From positions 151,565 to 215,564 of the forward strand of contig NZ_JAGHZZ010000007.1 of NCBI RefSeq assembly GCF_017745095.1: a stretch of DNA of 64,000 bases. The letters are read 5' to 3'. This DNA is from Sporocytophaga sp. (GTDB taxonomy: Bacteria > Bacteroidota > Bacteroidia > Cytophagales > Cytophagaceae). Under the pieces are notes generated by a model. That model did no database searches. It saw only the letters and a list, made by a program, of their open reading frames with translations, and was not told where the DNA came from. Below are positions 19,469-29,000 of the stretch, piece by piece. The translations under genes were made by a program, and so were the position numbers. Numbering within the stretch: position 1 is the stretch's first letter; each line of letters begins with the position of its first letter.

Positions 19469-19613
19469 ATAATCTTAAAGAGGATAATTTCCAACTAAAT
19501 TCTCTTTCTAAAGTCATAAAAGTTCTGACGTTATCTCACTTCTTACCTTAAGTCAAGATTTTTCATTTTTTATAACAAGATATTTGTTCGCTCAACTATT
19601 TAAATATCCTAAA

Positions 19614-20030
19614 ATGAAAAATTTAAAATCAGTCAAAATATTCTTGTTTGCTACAGGGATGATCGGGATTATAATTGGAGCATCCCTTTTACTAATTCCA
19701 ATTGCATTTGAAGCTTCGGCAGGCATTCACCTTGATAACGAGGTAAATATTTTAAGTGAGGTGAGAGCTCCAGGAGGTACATTAATGGCTGCTGGATTAC
19801 TAATTGCCTCAGGAGCCTTTATATCCGGCATGACATATATATCTATTGTATTGGCAGCATTATTTTATTTATCTTATGGTTTATCCAGAACAATCAGTAT
19901 AATATTAGATGGATTACCTACAGATACACTCGTAATGGCAACTGTGAGTGAAATTATCATAGGATTAATGAGCTTATATATATTATTTAAATTCCCAAAG
20001 CCACAATACCATGGCGCTAATCTTCAATAA
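19614..20030 (+). CDS. DUF4345-like membrane protein
   Basis: LSEVRAPGG and YGLSR.ISI.LDG.P motifs, four hydrophobic segments. Confidence 0.75.
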   Translation: MKNLKSVKIFLFATGMIGIIIGASLLLIPIAFEASAGIHLDNEVNILSEVRAPGGTLMAAGLLIASGAFISGMTYISIVLAALFYLSYGLSRTISIILDGLPTDTLVMATVSEIIIGLMSLYILFKFPKPQYHGANLQ

Positions 20031-20032
20031 CC

Positions 20033-20620
20033 TTATTTAGATTTATCATTTTCCAATAATCTTTTTCTGATCCTGCTGAAAGATTCCGGAGTAACTCCCA
20101 TGTAGCTGGCAATTTGGTGCAATGGAACTCTGTTTAAGAGCTCAGGTTGTGTGTTAATTAAATTCCGGTATCTTTCTTCAGGTTTATGATGGTTGAGCAA
20201 ATTCATTCTATATTCCATTTTAGAATAATCCTGAGACATTAATGTGTGCACCAGGTATTTCAATTTCGGATACTTCCTGTGCAACTCGTATTCCTGTTCA
20301 CGGGTTCCGGTGATGAGCACACAATCTTCTGCACAAACCAACCAATATGCAGAAGGAGCCTGCTCAAGATAGCTGGAATATAGCACTGCGGGTTCTCCTT
20401 CAAGAAAAAAGCCGGTAGTTCTTTCTTCACCATCAGCCAGCTGGTATTGACGTATACAACCCTTTAAAACAAAATAACAGGTATCACAAATATTCCCTTC
20501 TCTTTGTATGATCGTTCCTTTTTGAAAACCTCTGACATCAGTGTTTTCTGCAATAAACTGGATTTCATCTTCTTCAAATTTATTTAGCCCAGCAATAAAA
20601 TCAGTCAATAGTTTTTTCAT
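20033..20620 (-). CDS. Crp/Fnr-family cNMP-binding regulator
   Basis: YFVLKGCIRQY...GEE.T..FF.E; PEERY..L....PELL.RVPLHQIASYMGVTPESFSRIR. Confidence 0.9.
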   Translation of the reverse strand: MKKLLTDFIAGLNKFEEDEIQFIAENTDVRGFQKGTIIQREGNICDTCYFVLKGCIRQYQLADGEERTTGFFLEGEPAVLYSSYLEQAPSAYWLVCAEDCVLITGTREQEYELHRKYPKLKYLVHTLMSQDYSKMEYRMNLLNHHKPEERYRNLINTQPELLNRVPLHQIASYMGVTPESFSRIRKRLLENDKSK

Positions 20621-20759
20621 AAAAAATAGATTAAAGCTCTGTCAACCCCAATAAAAATAGCATACGAGATTCAACAATCAAAAAATGAGATATATCTTAC
20701 AAAATATTCAATTAAGCTGTAAGATACATCTCGATCAATTAACTCTTTCTTTCAATTAA

Positions 20760-21167
20760 TCATCTTGCATTTATCCGTTTCTTAACACCTCTCCCCCAAG
20801 CTATAAATGCAGCAGCCACAGCAAAGAAAATATTCACACCAATCTGAGCTCCTTCTCCCCTTGAAATGTGAAAAATAATTGCAGCAATCATTAAAGCAAT
20901 AGTAGCTAATGATGCATAAACCGTAAGTCTTGGAACTATCCTCAATAAAGTCGGGAGTACCAGCCCTAGTCCTGCCAGGATATCTATTACACCGGTAAGA
21001 TTTACAAGATCTGCATGTTCTGCTGTCCAAGGCCACATTGCAGCAAGTTGTTCTGCTGGTTTAAATAGTTTCATTGCTCCTGCCCAGATGAACCCTACAG
21101 ATAACAGGATCTGTGCAATCCAAAGTGTAATATTCAGCAAAACAGGTACCTTTTGTTCTTTAGTCAT
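20760..21167 (-). CDS. DoxX-like family membrane protein
   Basis: LWIAQILL..GF..AG.MKL..P...L....PW...G..D.L.GLGL.LP pattern. Confidence 0.8.
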   Translation of the reverse strand: MTKEQKVPVLLNITLWIAQILLSVGFIWAGAMKLFKPAEQLAAMWPWTAEHADLVNLTGVIDILAGLGLVLPTLLRIVPRLTVYASLATIALMIAAIIFHISRGEGAQIGVNIFFAVAAAFIAWGRGVKKRINAR

Positions 21168-21281
21168 ATATAAATTCTTTTTAAATCGTTACAAAATTAA
21201 CGAAATTCACTTTCGTTCAGATAGTACTATACTGTTGGATAGCGCTATCCGTTCGGATAGTATCAGATAAACAAAAATAAA

Positions 21282-21620
21282 ATGCTGGCAAAAGGTAGTT
21301 GTCCCAAAACCATGCTGTCTATCAGAGACGCACTGGAAGCACTTGAAGGAAAGTGGAAGTTACTGATTCTGTTTTCATTATCAGACGGACCGAAACGATT
21401 CAAACAAATCTCAAAGGATGTCGGCAATATTACAGATAAAACTTTATCTAAGGAGTTAAAAAGTCTGGAAACCAACAAACTAATTAAACGAGAAGTTTAT
21501 GACACCTTTCCTCCAACTGTGGAATACTCCATAACTCCACACGGTTTGTCACTGGAAAAAGTTCTGGATGAGCTGCACGTCTGGGGATTGGCTCACCGTA
21601 AAAAAGTTATCGGTAAATAA
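21282..21620 (+). CDS. HxlR-family winged-helix regulator, divergent from doxX
   Basis: LEGKWKLLIL..L..GPKRF...ITDK.LSKELK.LE...L..R.VY...PP.VEY..T. Confidence 0.92.
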   Translation: MLAKGSCPKTMLSIRDALEALEGKWKLLILFSLSDGPKRFKQISKDVGNITDKTLSKELKSLETNKLIKREVYDTFPPTVEYSITPHGLSLEKVLDELHVWGLAHRKKVIGK

Positions 21621-21630
21621 TAATATTTAT

Positions 21631-22166
21631 TCAACCCATCAGCAAATAAGAAAAACCTTCTTCTTCAAAGGATGCAGCAACAGATGCCTTATTATCAGTC
21701 ATACTTCTTTCAAATGTAGCTAACTGTTTTTGAATCTCTTTAAGTTGTATATCTGTAGGATTCAGAGAGTCTTCTGATAAAGATGTATTCTTCAAGTTAA
21801 ATTCTGCATCTTTCAATTCTTTGAATTTCGTATAGTCAGCAGATATAAACTCTTTGTATTTCAGCCATCTATCACGAAGCCTTTCTGTCGGCATTACGAC
21901 TGCGAAATATTCAGATAGTTTCCATCTTTCTTCAATATTATCAGCTTTCATGATAATTTCAACATATCTATCAAAAGCCTGCATTTCCTGAATTCCAGCA
22001 GCTCTTTCCTTAAATCCTTTGTCAATAATAACTGTTACAATAACAAGTGCAACGCTACCTATAATCCATTTAATCAGCTATACTTTGAATTTTGCTTTCC
22101 AAACTGGAATGTCTTTTCCTCTAAAGTTTCATCAGCGATTTCTAATTGATTTAAATTATCTTTCAT
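21631..22166 (-). pseudogene. Probable pseudogene of a single-pass membrane protein
   Basis: The frame of ORF 21631-21984 stays open upstream through a TM segment (LIKWIIGSVALVIVTVIIDKGFKERAAGIQE) until an in-frame TAG; the only upstream ATG (22166) is in another frame. Confidence 0.55.
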
Positions 22167-22269
22167 ATTGATATCAATTTTTATAATCAAATACAATTAA
22201 CATTATCAATCTCACTTTTATTTTGGTTTTATATTTCTCTATACATCAACTAAAAATCATCGTTTAAAA

Positions 22270-22941
22270 TTACAGAAACATACCCTTTGCGACTTCCCAG
22301 GTAAATGGGCCTTCATAATCCTTAAGTTTCATTAGTTGTTCTATCTCAAGCTTTCGCCATTCCACAGTTGACTTCTCCGGGGACTCATCATTCCCTTTTG
22401 ATATGCTCCATTTTTTTGCCAAAAAATTAAAACTATAATTTTTATAATCCTGAGAAGACGGATTATATTGACTTCTATCAGCACCTATCATATAAAAATC
22501 ATTATCCTGATAACGAAATTTATAATTCATCATAATATCTGTACTACCTCCCTGTAAAAAAGATATATTCAAAACACCCTTAACAATTTCCATTCCCTCA
22601 TACCAAGGGCCAGGCTCCAACTGATGATATGATATAAGATTATTACATTGCTCAATAAACCTGAAATTGCTGCTTTCAGGATTATAAAAGGCAATTATTA
22701 AAATAAAATGCTGAAAAGATTCTGTGTTAATTTTCCTATCATCTCTGTGCTCAATGACAAATGCAATATCTTTATAACTATCTTTATTTAAATCACCCTC
22801 AACAGTATCAACGAGATTCCAGCCTTTAGGTATAAAATCGATTACCTTTTTGCCTTCCTTTTTAACAAGAGGATACTGAAACTCTTGCCCCTGAACAAAA
22901 GTGTAATGAAATAACAATAATAGAGCGGCGAAATACTTCAT
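22270..22941 (-). CDS. Hypothetical secreted protein
   Basis: Signal peptide; FIPKGW.L.D...GDLNKD..KD.A pattern. Confidence 0.75.
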   Translation of the reverse strand: MKYFAALLLLFHYTFVQGQEFQYPLVKKEGKKVIDFIPKGWNLVDTVEGDLNKDSYKDIAFVIEHRDDRKINTESFQHFILIIAFYNPESSNFRFIEQCNNLISYHQLEPGPWYEGMEIVKGVLNISFLQGGSTDIMMNYKFRYQDNDFYMIGADRSQYNPSSQDYKNYSFNFLAKKWSISKGNDESPEKSTVEWRKLEIEQLMKLKDYEGPFTWEVAKGMFL

Positions 22942-23031
22942 TTTATCATCTGAAATTCTATACTTACATATAATACTTAATTTACCAACAAGTCTTCATA
23001 TCTCAAGGAAATTAGCAAATTTAATCTTTAT

Positions 23032-23570
23032 TTAAAACCGTCCTTCAATTAAGAAAACATAGTCATATCAAAATGCCTGTCATTCCATTACATCCATTCT
23101 CGAAATATTCCTTCATTTTTGAATCCTAATTTTGAAAGCACCTTTTCTGAAGCAATATTCCCTTGCATTACCTCTGCCTCTATCCAATTAGCATCAAGCT
23201 CACTAAATCCAAATCCTGTAACTACTTTCAATGTCTCTGTTAAATAACCTTTATTCCAAAATTCAGAGCACAATTCATATCCAATGTTTGTTCTATGTCG
23301 CTTGGTAAAATTATTAAATCTATTGTTCCGACTATGCTCTTCTGAGCCTTTAACGCAACTCCCCAACGATTTCTAACTTTGTTATTAAATCTATCTCGAT
23401 ATAGATCCAGAAATCTTTGTGCTTCTTGTTCCGTTCTTAAAGTTACTTTGTTATAAAATTTTGCCACTTGATGATCTCCAAAGAGCTTAAACACGTTCAC
23501 CTAAGTGTTCTTGATTTATTTCGATAAGATCTAAGCTGTCTGTATGAAGTGTTGGAAATTTAGATTATTC
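23032..23570 (-). pseudogene. RimJ/RimL-type GNAT acetyltransferase pseudogene
   Basis: Pieces FPTLHTD.LDLIEI, FKLFGD..V..FY, IVGTI, FNNFTKRHR.NIGYEL..EFW.KGY and EWM*WNDRHFDMTMFSL sit in different frames: two frameshifts, one nonsense codon, start lost. Confidence 0.88.
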
Positions 23571-23628
23571 AATTAACTTTATCTGCTTCCTAATGAATTA
23601 AAATTATCTATAACTAAGAAAGCTTTTT

Positions 23629-24105
23629 TCATATAGCAATTCTAAGCTTTGGACCTTTCATTTCAAATCCCTGCTTTTTATAGAATTCAATTGTTCTTGG
23701 CCACTCATCTTTGTTAGGAGCTCCAACCTCCACCTTCTTCCAGTTCATTGTTTTAGCGAACCCTAATGCAGCATCTATTAAAAGCTTCCCAATCCCTTTA
23801 CTTCTGACAGTTTCATTAACATACAATTCTGTTATTACCCCAAAGTCTCCTCCATTATAGATTGCAGTTGCCTGAGTAATTGTTATTCCCCCAACTGCTT
23901 CATTTGTCTCATTATCTGCGGCAATGAATCCTGCGAAATTATCCCTGCTTAATAAATCTTTACATGTTACTTCTACTTTCGATGCATCAATGACAAAATT
24001 ACTACCACTCCTTTGATTGAATCCTTTTAACAATTCACAGATTAATTCAGAAAGAACAAAGGAATCCTCGGTGGAAGCTCTATATATTGAGTATTTATCT
24101 ATCAT
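23629..24105 (-). CDS. GNAT-family N-acetyltransferase
   Basis: ITELYV...VRSKGIGKLLI acetyl-CoA motif; FYKKQGF. Confidence 0.88.
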   Translation of the reverse strand: MIDKYSIYRASTEDSFVLSELICELLKGFNQRSGSNFVIDASKVEVTCKDLLSRDNFAGFIAADNETNEAVGGITITQATAIYNGGDFGVITELYVNETVRSKGIGKLLIDAALGFAKTMNWKKVEVGAPNKDEWPRTIEFYKKQGFEMKGPKLRIAI

Positions 24106-24126
24106 TTAGAATGATTATTTGAAAAA

Positions 24127-24873
24127 TTAATGATCACTTAATGCTTTTTTATTTAAGTCAACTTGACCAAACCCTAACAGCCGTCGAATTGAAGTCAGGT
24201 GACTTATTAAAACTATCGGCACTATAAAGGTTGGCAACCAAATAAACGGAAAATTCAATATAGCAATGTTTGGTTGTTCAAATGCAAATTTTTGCATAGG
24301 TGAAGGTGTAGATAAAAATGCATTTACGACGATATTCAATAGAAGTCCCAAACATACAAAGTTCCAGACTAAAATTACCTGGCCGCTTAATTTCATTTTT
24401 GTCAAACCATAATAAGCGACTAATGGTGTAGTTATCCCTGCTATGATATCATAATTTCGTCCTTCAAATGTCATTAGCTCTGGTACTGCATTGTTGAGAT
24501 AAAGCCAAAATAATACTAGCTCAACAGGAACCCTGACAATACTTATGTAGGTTAAATTTTTAAGTGGTAAACTATCAACGAACTGTTTCCCCATTTGAGT
24601 TGTAAACAGGAAAACGATTGTTATTATGACGGGCAATAAACCAAACAGAAAAATTTTAGGAGGCAATGAATTTATTTCAGTATTATAAATACCTTTTAGT
24701 GTCAACGCTGCTTGTAAAGCTAACCAAACTATAAGCCCAGCTATAATTCTGTTTGATTTAGCTTTTACAACTACTGAATTACTATTTTTTATTGTCCAGC
24801 CAAAAAATGTTAATGTTGCGAGTGTCGTTAGCCCAAAAATAAGTGTAATAAATACCGGTAGGTTTGCTATCAT
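24127..24873 (-). CDS. Conserved hypothetical multi-pass membrane protein
   Basis: VRVPVELVL..L...VP..MTF.GRN.DI and FP..WLP.F.VP motifs, about 7 TM segments. Confidence 0.75.
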   Translation of the reverse strand: MIANLPVFITLIFGLTTLATLTFFGWTIKNSNSVVVKAKSNRIIAGLIVWLALQAALTLKGIYNTEINSLPPKIFLFGLLPVIITIVFLFTTQMGKQFVDSLPLKNLTYISIVRVPVELVLFWLYLNNAVPELMTFEGRNYDIIAGITTPLVAYYGLTKMKLSGQVILVWNFVCLGLLLNIVVNAFLSTPSPMQKFAFEQPNIAILNFPFIWLPTFIVPIVLISHLTSIRRLLGFGQVDLNKKALSDH

Positions 24874-25393
24874 TTTTCTCTTTTATATTATATTAATGAA
24901 TTCTTATGTAAAAAGTAATCAAATCAATCTCAAAAATTCAATATAGCTACTCACGTAGTCATATTGTGCTTAAAGGAAGTACTTTGTCTTTCGTACAGCT
25001 TAATCCTAAGAACAAAAACCCTTATTATAAACACTTTACAATATATATCAAAAGTACTCAATTTCCAATATTAAGACCTTGAAGAGAAAATCATGATTGA
25101 AATAAAAAAGAAAGTACATTAACAAGCTTGATAAAGGTTAAAGTGAATTGAAATAAAAAAGCTCTATTCTTCGATCAAATATTTTAGCCAATTAGTGATC
25201 TATCTTCCTCCCATACACATTACCATTAACTTACAAGATCCTGCACATACTAAACAACTCAGTTCCACAATCATACATAAATCAAAAAATAAAAGAGACT
25301 TATCCGCTTGTTGTATCTCCCTTTAAATAGATATTTTTAATGGATTTCAGCCAAAACTTTGATGCGACTGAAAACGTATTTACCTAATTCCAA

Positions 25394-26026
25394 TTGAATA
25401 TGAGACTAATCCACATGATACCATTCCTTTTACTTCTGGTATCTTTTCAAATGAGGGCACAGACTACATTAAATTTTTCTGTTACTCAAAATCCCAGTGT
25501 ACTTACTGTTAATGCCGGGACCAATATATCAATTACCAACGGACAGCAGGCCGTGCTTGGAGGAGCGCCAAGTGTGAGTGGAGGCACATCTCCATATACC
25601 TTCAGCTGGTCACCGCCACTAGGCTTAAATCAGGACAATACAGCAAATCCAGCTGCTAGTCCTACTGTTTCTACAGTTTACACCATGACAGTAACAGACA
25701 GCAAAGGGTGTAGCAATTCTAAAAGTATAACAGTTACAGTCGATGGAGTTCCTGTTGGGATTTTTAATGGCTATGCATCTTCTGTCAAATTATATCCCAA
25801 TCCTACAACCAGCAGGCTTTTTATATCTTCTGACCTTATTCCTGATAAAGAGCTCAAACTAGAGGTCTTCAATCCTCAGGGAATTTCTGTTTATGAAGAT
25901 ATTCTTTCTTCCACTAATGGAACGTTGGATGCAATGATAGATCTTCCGGAAGACATCAAAGGCTTGCTCATGATCAAGCTTTCCAGCAATGACTTGTTGC
26001 TAGTTCGTAAAATAATGGTTGAATAA
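25394..26026 (+). CDS. Small secreted protein with PKD/Ig-like segment and T9SS type A C-terminal sorting domain
   Basis: Signal peptide; GG..PYTFSWSP...Y...VTDSKGC; VKLYPNPT...KIMVE C-terminus. Confidence 0.85.
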   Translation: MNMRLIHMIPFLLLLVSFQMRAQTTLNFSVTQNPSVLTVNAGTNISITNGQQAVLGGAPSVSGGTSPYTFSWSPPLGLNQDNTANPAASPTVSTVYTMTVTDSKGCSNSKSITVTVDGVPVGIFNGYASSVKLYPNPTTSRLFISSDLIPDKELKLEVFNPQGISVYEDILSSTNGTLDAMIDLPEDIKGLLMIKLSSNDLLLVRKIMVE

Positions 26027-26041
26027 TTTGTCTGCTGGATT

Positions 26042-29000
26042 ATGATAAAGAAATTCAAAAGTTCATTCAATATAATTAGTATAATATTAACTCTGCTTAT
26101 ACTTTCCTTCACCGGAAACCTAAGGGCTCAAAATACTATAATATACAAGGGAGATTCCATAAAACTATCTCTTGATACTTATAGAGGACAAGTAATGTGG
26201 CAAAAGGCCGCTGAATTTAGTGGTTTGCCTGTTACATGGTCTGATATTCCTGGAGCTTCTTTCAATAATTATTGGGCAAAACCGACAGAGCACACCTTTT
26301 ACAGAGCAAAGGTTACGGAAGGCACTTGTAATCCCGTGGTATATTCTCCAGAAAAGCTTGTATTGATCAGTTCACAGCCAGGAGTATCCATCACAGTAAC
26401 AGCACCTACAAATGTCACACACAGTACCGCCAATGTTGCAGCACTTGTTCAACGTTTAGGAGGAGATGCAAAAGTTACAGCAAGAGGTATATGCTGGGGC
26501 ACCAGCATCAATCCCACGATAGAAAATACCAAGACCATTAATGGAACAGGAACAGGTTCATTTAATGCCGTCCTAACAGGCCTTCAAGAGAATACGACCT
26601 ATTATGTTAGAGGATATATCACTACAGATAACATATACAGCTATTATGGCGCTGATCCTCCCAACATTCCATATTTCACCTTCAAAACACCATATCGCGT
26701 AAATGTCACAGACAACAAACAACCTGAAACAACCTTTAATACCGCTACTCTGAAAAGCGATATTTCATTCAATGGATCGAGTGTTCCGATTGTTTCAAAA
26801 GGCATTGTTTATAGAACTGTTTCCGATTACAGGATTGATAAACGCTATCCAGATCTATCAGATACCAAGACAGTTGACGGCTCCGGAAATGGTCCCTTTA
26901 TAACTAATCTTACCAATCTAAAGTCAGGTGGATATTATATATACAGGTCATATGCTACGACAGCAGATGGAGTGACATATTATAGCGAGGGATGGACCTT
27001 TAAAACACTTCAGTCATTAACTGCAGTACTTTCCGGTGTGGGTCGTCTTGAAAGTAATCGTGCAGACATAGGTATTACTGTTTACGGAACAGGATCTTAT
27101 TCTGAAAAGGGAGTATGTTATGGACTTTCTCCTACACCAACCATTGCAGGATCGAATTCACAGACAGGAATTCTTCTACCATTGAATCCTAATAGCAAAT
27201 ATTATGCTCGTGCTTATGTGATCGATTCCATTGGCACTGTTATATATGGAAATGAAATTTCATTCACAACCCTTCCACTAAATTCTCAGCCTCTGATAAT
27301 AACGAATTTCGGGGCTACTCTGGAAGCAGGTATTGTCTATACCAACTCTATCATTGAAGGATCTGGAACAATCATAAATAAAGGAATTTGTTATGATGTT
27401 CCTGAAGATCAACCGGTCGTAATCATAACTACTGACAATAATAAAACTTCAGAAGGTCCTGGAAGTGGTGCTTTTTCAAGCGCACTTAATGGACTTACCA
27501 AAGAAGGGACATATTTTTATAGAGCTTATGCCACGCTCAATAACGGAACAACTATTTACTCCGGTTACAAATACTTCTTCTTTTACGACTTCATTGATGC
27601 TGATGTGCAGTTCAACAAGATTGTATCAATTCAGCATAATGCTGCAGTTTTCAGCAGCAAAGCAGAACTTATTGAAGGAACAGGCAGAGGCACGATTAGC
27701 TCAAGAGGAATCTGTTACAGTACGGAGCCTAATCCTTCTGTCGGAGATTCAAAAGTAATTGCAGCTAACAGCAGTGGTGATATACAGACAACAATCACAG
27801 GTTTAAAACCTAATACAACTTATTACGCAAGAGCTTATGTCGTAGTCAATGCTTATGGAGAAGGATACTCAACATACTATAGCGATGAACTTTCATTTAC
27901 TACATTCCCCTCTCCATTGGCTTCGGTTACTACAGAAACTCCTTCTTCTATTGCTAACACCTCTGTTGTGCTGGGTGGTAAAATAATAGTTAGTGATATT
28001 GTAACTGAACGTGGAATTTGCTGGAGCTTGTCTCCTTCTCCTTCCATACTAGGTAACAAAGTTATTGAAGGTGCCGGTGCCGGATCTTTCACTATTGCAT
28101 TAACAGGACTAACACCTGGCATGAAATATTATGCAAAAGCCTATGCTATTACAAATAGCAGTAGCACGATGTATGGAGATGAGGTTTCATTTACTACCGA
28201 AATCACTCCAATAACGATTTCTACCTCAACAGTAAGCGGTATTACTCCTAACAGCGCTATGTCAGGAGGCTCTGTTATATTAGAGGGCGGCATGGCCGTC
28301 AATGAGAGAGGTATTTGTTATGGCATATCAGGAGGCCCTACCATCAGCAACAGTAAAACCAGCAATGGTCAGGGTGCAGGTACTTATACAAGTACATTAA
28401 CAGATCTTACTGTCAATACAACTTACTATGTAAGAGCATACGCAACAGATCATACAAATAAGACGCATTATGGAGATGAGGTAAGTTTTACAACTCCAGT
28501 AGCTACCACCTTTCAGGTCACAACTACTCCTATGACTAACATTCAGCTGTTAACTCCCACTTACAGCGGCACTTCAGGAGGAACGGTAAGTGGAACCGGG
28601 ACAATATCTGCGAAAGGTGTGTGCTGGAATTCAGCTGAAAATCCAACAATCGACAATTCTAAAACTACTAATGGCACAGGTCTAAGTGCATTCAGCAGCA
28701 TTGTTACCGGACTTAATCCTGGAACTACATATTATTACCGTGCCTATGCCACCAGCAGCACAGGCACAACTGTTTATGGCGAACAGTATTCTGTATATTA
28801 TGCAACTACCATTACAACAGAGTTACCTTATAATGTGCAGGGTAATACTGCATCATCAGGAGGTAACGTTCCTACACCAGCTTCCGGTACCATTACAGTA
28901 AGAGGAGTTTGCTGGAGCACAACAGAGAATCCTACAATTGTCAATTCAAAAACATCCGATGGCACAGGCCCTGGAACCTATTCAAGTTCGATGACCGGAT

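Noticed and set aside
23088-23093. Stop-codon readthrough at EWM*WND in the GNAT gene
   Set aside because: TAA, not TGA/TAG; the same gene also has two frameshifts, so simple decay explains it
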